A stretch of DNA of 64,000 bases, taken from assembly GCA_963841435.1 (NCBI GenBank), contig CAWJCS010000003.1, forward strand, positions 32,001 to 96,000, given 5' to 3'. Made by a program: the position numbers and the translations under genes. Under the pieces are notes generated by a model. It saw only the letters and a program-made list of their open reading frames with translations. It had not been told where the DNA came from and searched no databases. Positions 11,035 to 21,257 of this stretch are shown piece after piece. Every line of letters starts with the position of its first letter. Positions within the stretch are counted from its first letter, which is position 1. This DNA comes from an uncultured delta proteobacterium (GTDB lineage Bacteria; Myxococcota_A; Polyangia; Polyangiales; Polyangiaceae).

Positions 11035-13266
11035 TCACGCCTGATCGCGTGGCTCGAGCTTGCGGACGCGAACGGCGGAGTACTTGTAGGACGGCTGACG
11101 GGAGAACGGGTCGAACGCCGGGAACGTGAGCTGGTTGGTCGTCGCGTAGTGCATGGGCATGAACACCTGGCCCGGGCCCACGACATGCGTCGGGTGCGCG
11201 CGTGCGCGGAGCTTGCCGCGCTTCGACTCGACGATCACCCATTGTCCGGGGACGATGCCGAGGCGCTCGCTGTCTTCGGGGCTGAGCTCGACGTAGGGCT
11301 CGTTGGCGTAGAGGCGGCGGAGCACCGCGGATTTCGCGGTGCGTGTCTGCGTGTGCCACTGGCTCGACGAACCGCGCCCCGTGAGCAGGATGAACGGAAA
11401 GGCCTCGCTCGTGGCTTCCGGGACGGGGCGCGGCGCATCGAAGACGAAGCGCGCCTTTTTGTCGGGGAAGAAGAAGCGTCCGTCAGCGAACAGCCGGCGC
11501 TGGCTCTGCGCGACGACGTGCTGACCTTCGGCGAGCGGCCACTGCACGCCGCAGAGCTCGTCGAGCGCCGCGTAGTCGGCGATGCCCATGATGTCGCAGG
11601 GTCTATCCTTCGAAAGCTCCTTCATGAGCTGAAACGTCGCTTCGGGATCCGAAAAGCGACGAAAGAGCTCGCCGACGCCCCACGCTTCGGCGAGGAGCTT
11701 GATGATGTAGAAATCCGAGAGCGCCTCGCCCGGCGCGCGGGAGACTTTCTTGAGCAGCCCGTAGCGGCGCTCGGAGTTGATGAAGGTGCCTTCCTTCTCG
11801 CCCCAGCCCGCGGCCGGCAAGACGAGGTGCGCATGCGCGGCCGTTTCCGTCGTCGCGTACATGTCTTGCACGACGAGAAAATCGAGGCGATCGAGCAAGT
11901 CATGGGCGTCGTTCTGGTTGATCCAGGAATGCGCAGTGTTGGTGGCGACGACCCAGAGCCCGCGGATTTTCCCGCTCAGAATGCCCTCCATGATCTGGTC
12001 GTACGCGAGGCTCGGGCGATCCGGAATGCGCTCGACGGGAATGCCGAGGATGCGCGCGACCTCGGCGCGGTCGTCCGCGTCTTCGAAGGCGCGGCCGCCG
12101 AGCAGGTTCGTGGTGTTGCTGAACAGGCGCGAGCCCATGGCGTTGCACTGGCCCGTGATCGAGTTCGGGCCCGTGCCGGGGCGGCCGATGTTGCCCGTCA
12201 TGAGGCACAGGTTGATGAGCGCCTGAGCGACGCGCACGCCTTCGTGGCTCTGGTTCACGCCCATCGTCCACCAGATGCTCACGCGCTTGCCCTGGCCGAC
12301 GAGCTCAGCGAGCCGTCGGATGGCGTCGCCGTCGAGGCCCGTCGCCTCCACGGCGCGTTCGATGGTGTACGGCTCGACGTGCGCGGCAAACTCGTCGAAA
12401 CCGGCGGTGTGCGCGTCGACGAAGGCTCGGTCGACGAGACCACGCGCGATGAGATGCCGCGCGACGGCGTAGAACAGGACGAGGTCCGATTTCGGCCTGA
12501 GCGGCAGGTGCAACGTGGCCGCCATGGCCGTTTCGGTGCGGCGCGGGTCGATCACCACGATTTCGGGGTGGTGGGGATTGCGCGTCACGCGCTCCCACAG
12601 GATGGGGTGGGCGATAGAGAGGTTCGAACCCACGAGCACGATGACGTCCGACTGCTCGAAGTCCTCGTAGGTGTACGGCGGCGCGTCGAAGCCGAATGCT
12701 TCCTTGTACGCGACGACCGCCGTCGCCATGCACTGGCGCGTGTTGCCGTCGCCGTGCACGACGCCCATGCCGAATTTCGCGAAGCTGCCTAGCAGCGCGA
12801 GCTCCTCGGTCGGCATCTGTCCGGTACCGAGGAAGGCGACGCTTTCGGGACCGTGCTCGGAGAGAATCCCCCGGAACCGCGTCACGAACGTCTCGAGCGC
12901 GGTCTCCCAGCTCACCTTTGCGAGCACGCCGCGCGCGTTTCTGAGCATCGGGTGGAGCGCACGATCGTCGGCGGCGAGCGGCGTGAGCGCTTCCCAGCCC
13001 TTCGGGCAGGCCATACCCCAATTGACCGGGTAGTCGCGCGACGGCGAGAGGCCGACGGCCTCGCCATTCTGGAGGTGGATCTCGAGACCGCAGCCCGTCG
13101 AGCAGTAGCCGCACACGGCCGTCGTCGTCGCGTCCGGCTTCTTCGCGTTCGGCACTTGACCGAGGCCAAAGCCGCCCGGCGTCCGTACGAGCTCGGCGGT
13201 GAGCGGACCCGTTCGCTGATGGATCAGCGAAAGCGCCTTCTTCGCGAGGTCCTTGGGCGCGCTCAC
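11035..13266 (-). CDS. nasA: Assimilatory nitrate reductase catalytic subunit (Mo-bisPGD, 4Fe-4S)
   Basis: [13 protein letters not shown] Fe-S motif, NTRQCM Mo ligand, [36 protein letters not shown]; no Tat signal. Confidence 0.93.
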   Translation of the reverse strand: MSAPKDLAKKALSLIHQRTGPLTAELVRTPGGFGLGQVPNAKKPDATTTAVCGYCSTGCGLEIHLQNGEAVGLSPSRDYPVNWGMACPKGWEALTPLAADDRALHPMLRNARGVLAKVSWETALETFVTRFRGILSEHGPESVAFLGTGQMPTEELALLGSFAKFGMGVVHGDGNTRQCMATAVVAYKEAFGFDAPPYTYEDFEQSDVIVLVGSNLSIAHPILWERVTRNPHHPEIVVIDPRRTETAMAATLHLPLRPKSDLVLFYAVARHLIARGLVDRAFVDAHTAGFDEFAAHVEPYTIERAVEATGLDGDAIRRLAELVGQGKRVSIWWTMGVNQSHEGVRVAQALINLCLMTGNIGRPGTGPNSITGQCNAMGSRLFSNTTNLLGGRAFEDADDRAEVARILGIPVERIPDRPSLAYDQIMEGILSGKIRGLWVVATNTAHSWINQNDAHDLLDRLDFLVVQDMYATTETAAHAHLVLPAAGWGEKEGTFINSERRYGLLKKVSRAPGEALSDFYIIKLLAEAWGVGELFRRFSDPEATFQLMKELSKDRPCDIMGIADYAALDELCGVQWPLAEGQHVVAQSQRRLFADGRFFFPDKKARFVFDAPRPVPEATSEAFPFILLTGRGSSSQWHTQTRTAKSAVLRRLYANEPYVELSPEDSERLGIVPGQWVIVESKRGKLRARAHPTHVVGPGQVFMPMHYATTNQLTFPAFDPFSRQPSYKYSAVRVRKLEPRDQA

Positions 13267-15029
13267 GGACCGACCGCTCCGGGCATCTTGGGCGCCGAGA
13301 GCGCTCGAAAGAACAGCACGCGCTCGAATGTCTCACCCCCGAGCAAAAACACCCACGCGGCGAGCGACAGCACGACGAGCTCGCCACTCGACGGCTCGTC
13401 CGCGCGCCAGGTCCCGAGCACGACGAGCACGCCGAGCGCGCCCAACACGAGCCTCGCCGTCGCAGGCGCGCGCAACTCGCCGACGAGCAACAGCGCCGTG
13501 CGCCTGAGCTCACCGAGCCCACGCTCGCGAAGGTGCAGGAGGATCTCGGCGTCCGTGAGCAGCTTGACGAGGGCGAACCAAAACAGCGGCCCGAGGAGCG
13601 CCTGCGCCGCACCCACGGCCGCGTGCGGGACGGCACCGAGCAGGCCGAGCACACAAAGCGTGACGATCGTCGTGGAGAGGCCGAGCACGGCGCCGGTGGA
13701 CACGAAGCGCGCGCTCGTCCGCACGGTGCTCCACCACGCACGGTGTGTCACCTGATAGAGCATCATCGAGGCGAACACACCGAGGGCGCCGCTCGCCGCG
13801 ACCACCCAGCCGAGCGCGGCGCGCAGCCCGCCGAGCACGGCCGCGTCGGGCAGCTCGATACCGGCGCGGGCCGCGAGCGGCTCGAACCAGAACGACGACG
13901 CGTAGACGACGGCGCTCCCCGCGAACAGGCCGAACGCCGCCGCTTCGCGGCTCATCCACGACGTGCGGATGCCGAGCACCGCGCGAAACGCGTACGCGGG
14001 GCGCCCGAGGTGAAAGACGCTCGCGCCGAGCGCGAGCAGGCCCATGGCGAGCGCGACGAGGGAGCGGTACGGCCGCCCGGTTTCGCCGCCGCCCGCGACG
14101 AGCGCATCGACGAGAAGGTCGACGGCGAAGGTACCCACCGAGAGCTGCGTGAGCACGAGCAAGGCGACGAGCGGCGAATGCGAATGCGAGCTTCGGACGC
14201 GCTGGAAATCGGCGGGCAGCGTGTTGCGCGGCAACGGGCGGCGCGACACGTAGTTCGTCGTCGGCACGGTGATGTTCGGCGACGGTGCGCCCGGCAAGAA
14301 GGCCTCCCCTTTCGCGTCTTCGAGCACGCGCTCTACTTCGACGATGCGAATCGAGATGGCGCCGTTCGGACAGGCTTGCACGCAGGCCGGCGCCTCGCCC
14401 ACGGCGAGCCGGTCGCTGCACATGTCGCACTTTCTCACGATGCCGCGCTTCTTGCTGAACTGCGGCACGTCGTACGGGCAGGTGAAGGTGCAGTATTGGC
14501 AACCGATGCACTGGTCGTCCAGGTGCTTCACGATGCCGGTCACGGCGTCCTTCTCGTACGCGCCCACCGGGCAACCCTTCATGCAGCCCGGGTCGAGGCA
14601 GTGGTGGCAGGCCGTCGTCACGGTTTGTTGCACGGGCTCGGTGGCGGTGCCGCCGTGCAAGAGGCCCACGCTGCGCCAGGTCTCGCCCTCGTCGTCGTCG
14701 AGCCCGTTCAGCTGGTGGCACGCCGTGACGCACGCCTTGCAGCCCGTGCACGCGTCGAGGTCGACCTCGAAGGCGAGCTGCTCGCCCTGCTTGGGGCGCG
14801 TGAGTGGCACGAAATCCTCGTAAAAGCGTGCGTCGGGACCGAGCGCTTCGGCGTCGTGGCGCTGCGCGAAGCGCTCGACGGCCGTGAGCCGCGCCTGCTC
14901 CTCGAGGTATTGCGCGACGAGCGGCAACCGCCGACGCGAGCGCGACTCGCGGGCGGACGGCGGAGCGAGCGACGACGCGTCGGAAACCATCGGGGAGCTC
15001 GCAGCCGTTTCGTGGACGCCGAGCGTCAC
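13263..15029 (-). CDS. DmsB-like 4x[4Fe-4S] ferredoxin fused to DmsC/NrfD-like membrane anchor
   Basis: [50 protein letters not shown], then [20 protein letters not shown] and about 8 TM helices; GTG overlaps nirB stop. Confidence 0.9.
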   Translation of the reverse strand: MTLGVHETAASSPMVSDASSLAPPSARESRSRRRLPLVAQYLEEQARLTAVERFAQRHDAEALGPDARFYEDFVPLTRPKQGEQLAFEVDLDACTGCKACVTACHQLNGLDDDEGETWRSVGLLHGGTATEPVQQTVTTACHHCLDPGCMKGCPVGAYEKDAVTGIVKHLDDQCIGCQYCTFTCPYDVPQFSKKRGIVRKCDMCSDRLAVGEAPACVQACPNGAISIRIVEVERVLEDAKGEAFLPGAPSPNITVPTTNYVSRRPLPRNTLPADFQRVRSSHSHSPLVALLVLTQLSVGTFAVDLLVDALVAGGGETGRPYRSLVALAMGLLALGASVFHLGRPAYAFRAVLGIRTSWMSREAAAFGLFAGSAVVYASSFWFEPLAARAGIELPDAAVLGGLRAALGWVVAASGALGVFASMMLYQVTHRAWWSTVRTSARFVSTGAVLGLSTTIVTLCVLGLLGAVPHAAVGAAQALLGPLFWFALVKLLTDAEILLHLRERGLGELRRTALLLVGELRAPATARLVLGALGVLVVLGTWRADEPSSGELVVLSLAAWVFLLGGETFERVLFFRALSAPKMPGAVGP

Positions 15030-18000
15030 GCCGGGCACGCCATCTCCGCGAGCTTGATCGGTACGAGCTGCCCGACCTCGCGAACGTTCGGGAGATCGAC
15101 GAGCACGAAGCCGTTTTCCACCTTCACGGGGAAAGTGCGAATGCGATACGGGTCGCCGCTCAGGCAGTCGCCGCTCTTCAGCGAGAACGTCTTCTTGTGC
15201 TGCGGGCACGCGATCTTCGGCTCTCCCTTCTGATCGCCGAGGATGCCCCGCGAGAGCACCATGTCCTTCATGTGCGGGCAGAGGTTCTGGCTGGCGTACC
15301 ACTCACCGCGAGAGCTGAAGTTGTAGACGGCAATCTGCGCCTCGCCGTAGCGTACGGCCACGCCGCCGTCCTTCGGGAAATCCTCCACGCGGCCGACCTT
15401 GACCCAGCTCGTCTGAATGAGCGGCAGGTGCAGGCGCGAGCGCACCTTGGCCGGCTCGTCGTCTTTCCAGTCGCGCGGGCGTTTCTGGCCGCGCTGGTCG
15501 ATGAGCTCGACGCTGTCGTCGTGCTCGCCCGTGTTCGCATAGTGCTTGAAGCGGGCGCGCTTCTTCGGGTCACGCACGACCTCGGCCCATTCGCACTTGT
15601 AGGTGTCGACGAGAAACTGCATCTGGCGCTCGAGCTCGTCGGCAATACCGAGCCGGTCGTGAATCACGACGGCACGCAAGTATTCGATGCCACCCTCGAG
15701 CTTCTCGAACCACGTCGCCGTACGCGTCAGTCGGTCGGCGGTGGCGATGTAGTACATCAAGAAGCGGTCGATGTATTTGATGACCGTCGCTTCGTCGAGA
15801 TCGGCGGCGAGCAGCACGGCGTGCTTGGGCTTCATGCCACCGTTACCGCACACGTAGAGGTTCCAGCCCTTCTCCGTGGCGATCAGGCCGAAGTCCTTGC
15901 CTTGTGCTTCGGCGCATTCCCGGATGCAGCCGCTCACGGCGGACTTGAGCTTGTGCGGGGCGCGCAGCCCTTTGTAGCGATTTTCGACGCGGATCGCGAA
16001 GCCCACCGAGTCCTGCACGCCGAAGCGGCACCAAGTCGTGCCGACGCAGCTTTTCACGGTCCGGACGGCCTTGCCGTAGGCGTGTCCGCTCTCGAAGCCC
16101 GCGTTGACGAGCTCCTCCCAGATGTCGGGCAGCTGGTCGACACGCGCACCGAAAAGGTCGATGCGCTGCCCGCCCGTGATCTTGGCGTAGAGGCCGTACT
16201 TTCTGGCGACCTCACCGAGCACGATCAGCTTCTCGGGCAAGATCTCGCCGCCGGGGATGCGTGGCACGATCGAGTAGAGGCCGCCGCGCTGGATGTTCGC
16301 GAGAAAGCGGTCGTTCGTGTCCTGGAGCGTCGCATGCGGCTCCTCGAGGATCATGTCGTTGTAGAGCACCGCGAGAATCGATGCCACGGCGGGCTTGCAG
16401 ATCTCGCAGCCGTTGCCGGTACCATGCGAGCGCAAGAGCTCGTCGAACGTGCGATGGCCCTTGATCTTGAGGACCTCGTAAAGCTCTTGGCGCGTGAGCG
16501 CGAAGTGCTCGCACAGGCCCTCGCGGACGATCTGGCCCGCGGCCTTGAGCTCGGCCTTGAGGATGTCGGTGACGAGCGGCATGCAGCCGCCACAGCCCGA
16601 GCCCGCCCGCGTCTTGCTCTTGATCTCGCTGACCGTCGAGCATTCGCCACGCCGGATCGCGTGGCAGATCTGTTGTTTCGTGACGTTGTTGCACGAGCAA
16701 ACCTGGGCCGATTCGCCGAGCCCCGCGCTCGCCGATTGGCCCTCGCGGGCACCGAAAATGAGCTCTTCCGGATTGTCGGGCAGCGTCTGATCGCTGCGCA
16801 TCACCTGCGTGAGGCGCGTGTAGTCGGCCGCGTCGCCCACGAGGATGCCGCCGAGGAGCTTCGTGCGATCCTCGCTGACGACGAGCTTCTTGTAGACACC
16901 CTTGACGAGGTCTTCGTAGAGGATGCTCGCGCCGCCCGTCGCGTCGGCGAACGGGTCACCGAAGCTTGCCACGTCGACGCCGAGGAGCTTGAGCTTGGCG
17001 GAGAGGTCGCTGCCCTGGTACTTTGCCGACGCGTCGCCCACGAGGTTTCGCGCGAGCACCGTCGCCATCTCGTAGCCAGGAGCGACGAGACCGTAAACGA
17101 CGTTGTCGTAGAGCGCGCACTCGCCCACGGCGCGCACGGTCGGGTCACTCGTGCGCAGGTGATCGTCGACGACGATGCCACCGCGGTCGCCCACCTCGAG
17201 ACCGGCCTCGCGCGCCAGCTCGTCACGCGGCCGGATACCGGCCGCCACGATGAGCAGATCGGCCTCGAGCGGGTCGCCCTCGCTAAACTCCACGCCTTCG
17301 ACCGAGCGGTCGCCGAGCACGCGCTGCGCCGCGAGATTCAGGTGCACTTGCACGCCGAGGGCCTGAATACTGCGGGTCAAGAGGCGCGCGCCCGCGCCGT
17401 CGAGCTGGCGCGGCATGAGACGCGGAGCGAACTCGACGACGTGCGTCTCGAGCCCTAGATCGTGCACGGCCTTGGCGGCCTCGAGGCCGAGCAAACCGCC
17501 GCCGAGCACGACGGCACGCTTCGCGCGCTTTGCATGCTCGCGAATCCCGACGAGATCTTCGATGGTGCGGTAGACGAAGACGCCCGCCTTGTCGACGCCG
17601 GGGATGGGCGGAACGAACGGCATCGACCCCGTCGCGAGCACGGCGACGTCGTACGGCACCCATTCGCCGCTCGACGAGCGCACCGCGCGGCGCTTGCGAT
17701 TGAGCTCGACGGCGCGTTCGCCGAGCAGCACGCGAATCCCGCGCTCCTTGTACCAGTCGAGGCCCGCGAGCAAAAGCTCGTCGGCGCCCGACTTTTCGAA
17801 GAAGCTCGTGAGCGCCACGCGATCGTACGCCGGGCGTGGCTCCTCGCAGAAGGTGACGACCTGGTAGCGGCGTTCAGTGTCGAGCTCGCTGATGCGCTCG
17901 CACACTTTCCAGCCGACCATGCCGTTGCCGACGACGACGATCGTCTGCCGAGCGGCACCGCCTGCGCGGGGCGGCGCTGCGGGCTTTTCAGAGCCGCGCG

Positions 18001-18850
18001 CCTCGAGCACCGCGGCGCCGTTCGTGACCTGGGATCCGACGAATATTCGAATCATTTCGGCCGGTTGTGGGCGCACAAACAGCGAGCGCGCCGGGCTTTC
18101 GTCGACGCGGATACCGTGCTGCCGGAGCGCGAGATCCACCGCGGCGCCGAGCGCAACGACGCGCAACTTGCCGAGCGCCACGCGAAGCTCTCCCGTGGCA
18201 CCGCGCACACAAGCGATCTCCCAGACCCGTTCGAACTGCGCGGGCGCGCTCCACACGACGGCGTGCACGCTCGCGTCGAGGATGCGCTCGAACAGCTCGA
18301 GGGCGGCCTGGTCGGACGCCATGGACTCGGAGAGCAGTCGAACCGTCGCCCCCTTCTTCTCGAGCAGCTCGAGCAGGCGCACGTCCGGATTGAGAGACGC
18401 GACGCCGATCACGCGGCCCCGGAGATCGTGGTCGTCGAGCGCGCCGCTCACGCTCTCGAACGATGCGAGCGGCGCGGCGATGTCCGCTTTGAGGCCGAGC
18501 TCGCGAAGCGCGAGCGCCGGCTTCGGACCCTGCGTGATCTTTCGCACGACACGCAGTGCATCGAGCACTTCCTCCTCGCGCTCGAGCTCGCGCGCGTACT
18601 CGACGATGAGCCGCACGCTCTGCGCCGTGAACATGATCATGTCGTCGAACTGGCGTTCGTAGAGGTCGACGATCCAGCTCTCGAGCGGGCGCGCGGCCGT
18701 GCCGACGGGCTCGAGAGAAAATCGAGTTAAATCGCCACCTTCGTGACGGATCAGCCGCGCGGCGGCATCGAGATCCGACGCTTCGGGAAGGACGATGTGC
18801 AAACCTGAAAATACACCAGTACTGGCCATGCGCGCGGACCTCACCGCCAT
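15026..18850 (-). CDS. nirB: NAD(P)H-dependent siroheme nitrite reductase NirB fused to C-terminal NirD Rieske domain and N-terminal HemD (uroporphyrinogen-III synthase)-like domain
   Basis: VVVGNGMVG, GGGLLGLEAA, CSCN..GCGGC, CEHF..GCEICKP, KSCVGTTWC, SGCIRECA; Rieske NLCPH..ACPQH; N-terminal ~270 aa with RKITQGPKPALALRELGLKAD typical of HemD. Confidence 0.93.
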   Translation of the reverse strand: MAVRSARMASTGVFSGLHIVLPEASDLDAAARLIRHEGGDLTRFSLEPVGTAARPLESWIVDLYERQFDDMIMFTAQSVRLIVEYARELEREEEVLDALRVVRKITQGPKPALALRELGLKADIAAPLASFESVSGALDDHDLRGRVIGVASLNPDVRLLELLEKKGATVRLLSESMASDQAALELFERILDASVHAVVWSAPAQFERVWEIACVRGATGELRVALGKLRVVALGAAVDLALRQHGIRVDESPARSLFVRPQPAEMIRIFVGSQVTNGAAVLEARGSEKPAAPPRAGGAARQTIVVVGNGMVGWKVCERISELDTERRYQVVTFCEEPRPAYDRVALTSFFEKSGADELLLAGLDWYKERGIRVLLGERAVELNRKRRAVRSSSGEWVPYDVAVLATGSMPFVPPIPGVDKAGVFVYRTIEDLVGIREHAKRAKRAVVLGGGLLGLEAAKAVHDLGLETHVVEFAPRLMPRQLDGAGARLLTRSIQALGVQVHLNLAAQRVLGDRSVEGVEFSEGDPLEADLLIVAAGIRPRDELAREAGLEVGDRGGIVVDDHLRTSDPTVRAVGECALYDNVVYGLVAPGYEMATVLARNLVGDASAKYQGSDLSAKLKLLGVDVASFGDPFADATGGASILYEDLVKGVYKKLVVSEDRTKLLGGILVGDAADYTRLTQVMRSDQTLPDNPEELIFGAREGQSASAGLGESAQVCSCNNVTKQQICHAIRRGECSTVSEIKSKTRAGSGCGGCMPLVTDILKAELKAAGQIVREGLCEHFALTRQELYEVLKIKGHRTFDELLRSHGTGNGCEICKPAVASILAVLYNDMILEEPHATLQDTNDRFLANIQRGGLYSIVPRIPGGEILPEKLIVLGEVARKYGLYAKITGGQRIDLFGARVDQLPDIWEELVNAGFESGHAYGKAVRTVKSCVGTTWCRFGVQDSVGFAIRVENRYKGLRAPHKLKSAVSGCIRECAEAQGKDFGLIATEKGWNLYVCGNGGMKPKHAVLLAADLDEATVIKYIDRFLMYYIATADRLTRTATWFEKLEGGIEYLRAVVIHDRLGIADELERQMQFLVDTYKCEWAEVVRDPKKRARFKHYANTGEHDDSVELIDQRGQKRPRDWKDDEPAKVRSRLHLPLIQTSWVKVGRVEDFPKDGGVAVRYGEAQIAVYNFSSRGEWYASQNLCPHMKDMVLSRGILGDQKGEPKIACPQHKKTFSLKSGDCLSGDPYRIRTFPVKVENGFVLVDLPNVREVGQLVPIKLAEMACPA

Positions 18851-18989
18851 GGGTCTTACCCGCTGATGCGAACCGGAAGCGCGACGGTCGTGCTCGGCTT
18901 TCGGTGTTCGCGACTCTGACTATTCAGTGTACGCGACCGGAAAAGTGCGTCAACGCGCAAACGGGGGCTCGCAGCGCCGGGAATCGACG

Positions 18990-19092
18990 TCCAGAATCTC
19001 GGGTGAAATGCACATGAAATGGCGAAACGCTACCGACACACGAGTTTACAATCGAGAAACGAACCGGAGGGCACGGAGCTTTCCTGAAACGG
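18990..19092. promoter_or_regulatory. Phased GAAAC array upstream of hemD-nirBD-dmsBC-nasA operon
   Basis: GAATC 18994, GAAAC 19024, GACAC 19035, TTTAC 19045, GAAAC 19056, GAAAC 19086 in an AT-richer intergenic stretch. Confidence 0.6.
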
Positions 19093-19186
19093 GAGCGCTC
19101 GGTGCGGTCACGACTCGGTGCAGTCACGAATGAGCTGAGGCGTTCGCGGCCACGCGCTAGCGGGCGCGCGCCAGCGCCCTCGACGC

Positions 19187-19450
19187 TCAGCCGCCGGACA
19201 CGGGCGGGAGGAGCGCCACTTCGTCCCCAGCGGCGATGCGCGCGTCGGGGCCGGCAAGCTCCTCGCCGACCGCCACGCGAACCGCTCCCAGCACGCCACG
19301 CAGGGCCGGCCGGATCGTCGGGAGAAAGGCCAGGAGCTCGGCGACGCGAGTCACCCCCTCGGGCAGCGTGATCACCTCGCCGTCGCTCCCTAGGCGCTCC
19401 CTGAGCGCGGCAAAGTAGAGGAGCTTGATATGCCGTTCGCCAGAGACCAC
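19187..19450 (-). CDS. moaD: Molybdopterin synthase sulfur carrier subunit
   Basis: IKLLYFAALRE...RVAV..DEVALLPPVSGG C-terminal di-glycine; start uncertain (19450 or 19468). Confidence 0.93.
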   Translation of the reverse strand: MVSGERHIKLLYFAALRERLGSDGEVITLPEGVTRVAELLAFLPTIRPALRGVLGAVRVAVGEELAGPDARIAAGDEVALLPPVSGG

Positions 19451-19466
19451 GCTCGCCTCGTAGCAC

Positions 19467-20009
19467 ATGACCGCGTCGCACGCCCCGAGCAGCCCGACCC
19501 ACGACGCCGTGCGCGTGCTCACCGTGACGGTGAGTGATTCGCGGGCGGCGGCAGACGACGAATCCGGCGCTCGCCTTCGCGACTTGCTCACCGCGGGGGG
19601 CGTCATGCTCGTCGAGCATCGGTTGATTCCCGACGAGCCCGAGCAACTGAAGGCCATCTTGCGCGAGGTCGCCGAACGCGACCTCGCCGATGCGGTCATC
19701 AGCACGGGCGGCACGGGCATTGCCCCGCGGGACAGGACGATCGAGGCGCTCGATGCCCTCTTCGAGAAGCGTCTCGATGGTTTCGGCGAAGCGTTCCGGC
19801 GCCTGTCGTGGGACGCGATCGGACCGCGCGCCGTGCTGTCGCGCGCCGTCGCGGGGGTGGTCGAGGGTCGTTTCGTCGCCGCGCTGCCGGGAAGCCCGCG
19901 TGCCGTCGAGCTTGCCGTGAGCGCCGTGCTCTTGCCGATCCTCGAGCATGCCGTGGGCCTTTTGCGAGGACGCGCGCACCAGCACGGCCACGGATCGGGC
20001 CACCGATGA
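19467..20009 (+). CDS. moaB: Molybdopterin adenylyltransferase MoaB/MogA family
   Basis: VTVSDSR..DESG, STGGTGIAPRDRTIEA, LSRAVAG, ALPGSP. Confidence 0.93.
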   Translation: MTASHAPSSPTHDAVRVLTVTVSDSRAAADDESGARLRDLLTAGGVMLVEHRLIPDEPEQLKAILREVAERDLADAVISTGGTGIAPRDRTIEALDALFEKRLDGFGEAFRRLSWDAIGPRAVLSRAVAGVVEGRFVAALPGSPRAVELAVSAVLLPILEHAVGLLRGRAHQHGHGSGHR

Positions 20010-21223
20010 GCGATCTGCTTTCGTTCCAGGCGGCGCGCGCCGCCGTGCTGCGCGACGTCATGCGGGTCGCTGCGGAGCGAGTGCCGCTCGCCGACGCGCT
20101 CGGTCGCGTGCTCGCCGAGAGCGTCGTCGCGAACGGGCCGCTCCCACCGTTTTCCTACAGCGCCATGGATGGCTACGCCGTGGCGGCGGACGCGCTGACG
20201 GGCGCGCCGCCGTGGGAGCTCGTCGTGAGCGGCGAAAGCCGGACGGGTCACCTGCCCGAGCGCTTCGTGCCGGGCACGAGCTGTCGCATCTCGACGGGCG
20301 CGCGCATTCCAGTGGGCGCCGACGCGGTCGTGCCCGTGGAGCTCGTCGAGGAGCGCGGCGAGCGGATCCGGCTGTCCGTCGTGGTCAAGGAGGGCCAGCA
20401 CGTGCGCCCGGCGGGCCAGGATCTCGCCGCGGGAGCCGTCGCGCTCGAAGCGGGCGAGCGCCTCGGGGCGTCCGCCCTGGGGCTCGCGGCGTCGCTCGAC
20501 CGGACGGAGCTCTCGGTGGCGCGGCAGCCACGCGTCGCCATTCTCGCCACGGGCGACGAGCTCCGCGCGGCCGGGGCAGCACCGCGCCCCGGCTCGATCC
20601 CCGACAGCGTCTCGCTGCCGCTGGCGGCGCTCGCGCGGCAGGCAGGAGCGCGGCCGCACATCGTGGGCCCGGTACCCGACGATCGGGCGGCGACGGAGCA
20701 CGCGGTTCGCGCGGCGCTCGAGGGGTCCGACCTCTTGCTCACCGTCGGTGGCGTGAGCGTGGGACGCCACGATTGGGTGCGACCCGCGCTCGAGGCAGAA
20801 GGCGTGAGCATCGAGTTTCATGCCGTCGCCATCAAGCCGGGCAAGCCCCTCACCTTTGGTCGGCGCGGCAAGGACGGGCCGATGGTGCTCGCCCTGCCCG
20901 GGAATCCGGCGAGCGCGCTCGTCACCTTCGCCCTCTTCGGCATGCCGCTGGTCCGGGCCATGCAGGGCGACAAGCGACCGCTGCCCCGCACGCTCGTTTT
21001 GCCTCTCGCGACGCGTGCCCACCACAAGCCCGGAAGACTCGAGTTTCTGCGCGCACGTCTCGAGCTTGGCGACGACGGGCTCATGGTCGCCCCGCTCGCC
21101 AATCAGGCCTCGGGAGCGCTGACGAGCCTCGCCTGGTCGGACGCTTTCGCGCTCTTGCCGGCCGACGCCGAGGAGCTCGCGGCCGGCACGCCCATCGAGG
21201 TCGTGACGTTCGCCGACCTCTGA
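20006..21223 (+). CDS. moeA: Molybdopterin molybdotransferase
   Basis: PPFSYSAMDGYA, ISTGARIP.GADAVV, ATGDEL, GGVSVG..D, IKPGKP, LPGNP; ATG overlaps moaB stop. Confidence 0.94.
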   Translation: MSDLLSFQAARAAVLRDVMRVAAERVPLADALGRVLAESVVANGPLPPFSYSAMDGYAVAADALTGAPPWELVVSGESRTGHLPERFVPGTSCRISTGARIPVGADAVVPVELVEERGERIRLSVVVKEGQHVRPAGQDLAAGAVALEAGERLGASALGLAASLDRTELSVARQPRVAILATGDELRAAGAAPRPGSIPDSVSLPLAALARQAGARPHIVGPVPDDRAATEHAVRAALEGSDLLLTVGGVSVGRHDWVRPALEAEGVSIEFHAVAIKPGKPLTFGRRGKDGPMVLALPGNPASALVTFALFGMPLVRAMQGDKRPLPRTLVLPLATRAHHKPGRLEFLRARLELGDDGLMVAPLANQASGALTSLAWSDAFALLPADAEELAAGTPIEVVTFADL

Positions 21224-21257
21224 GCGTGCCGACCGCTTTCGCGCGGCCAGATGCGCG

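Noticed and set aside
11035-15029. Periplasmic DMSO reductase or NapA
   Set aside because: Catalytic subunit lacks a Tat leader, has nitrate-reductase Cys ligand motifs and is operonic with nirBD
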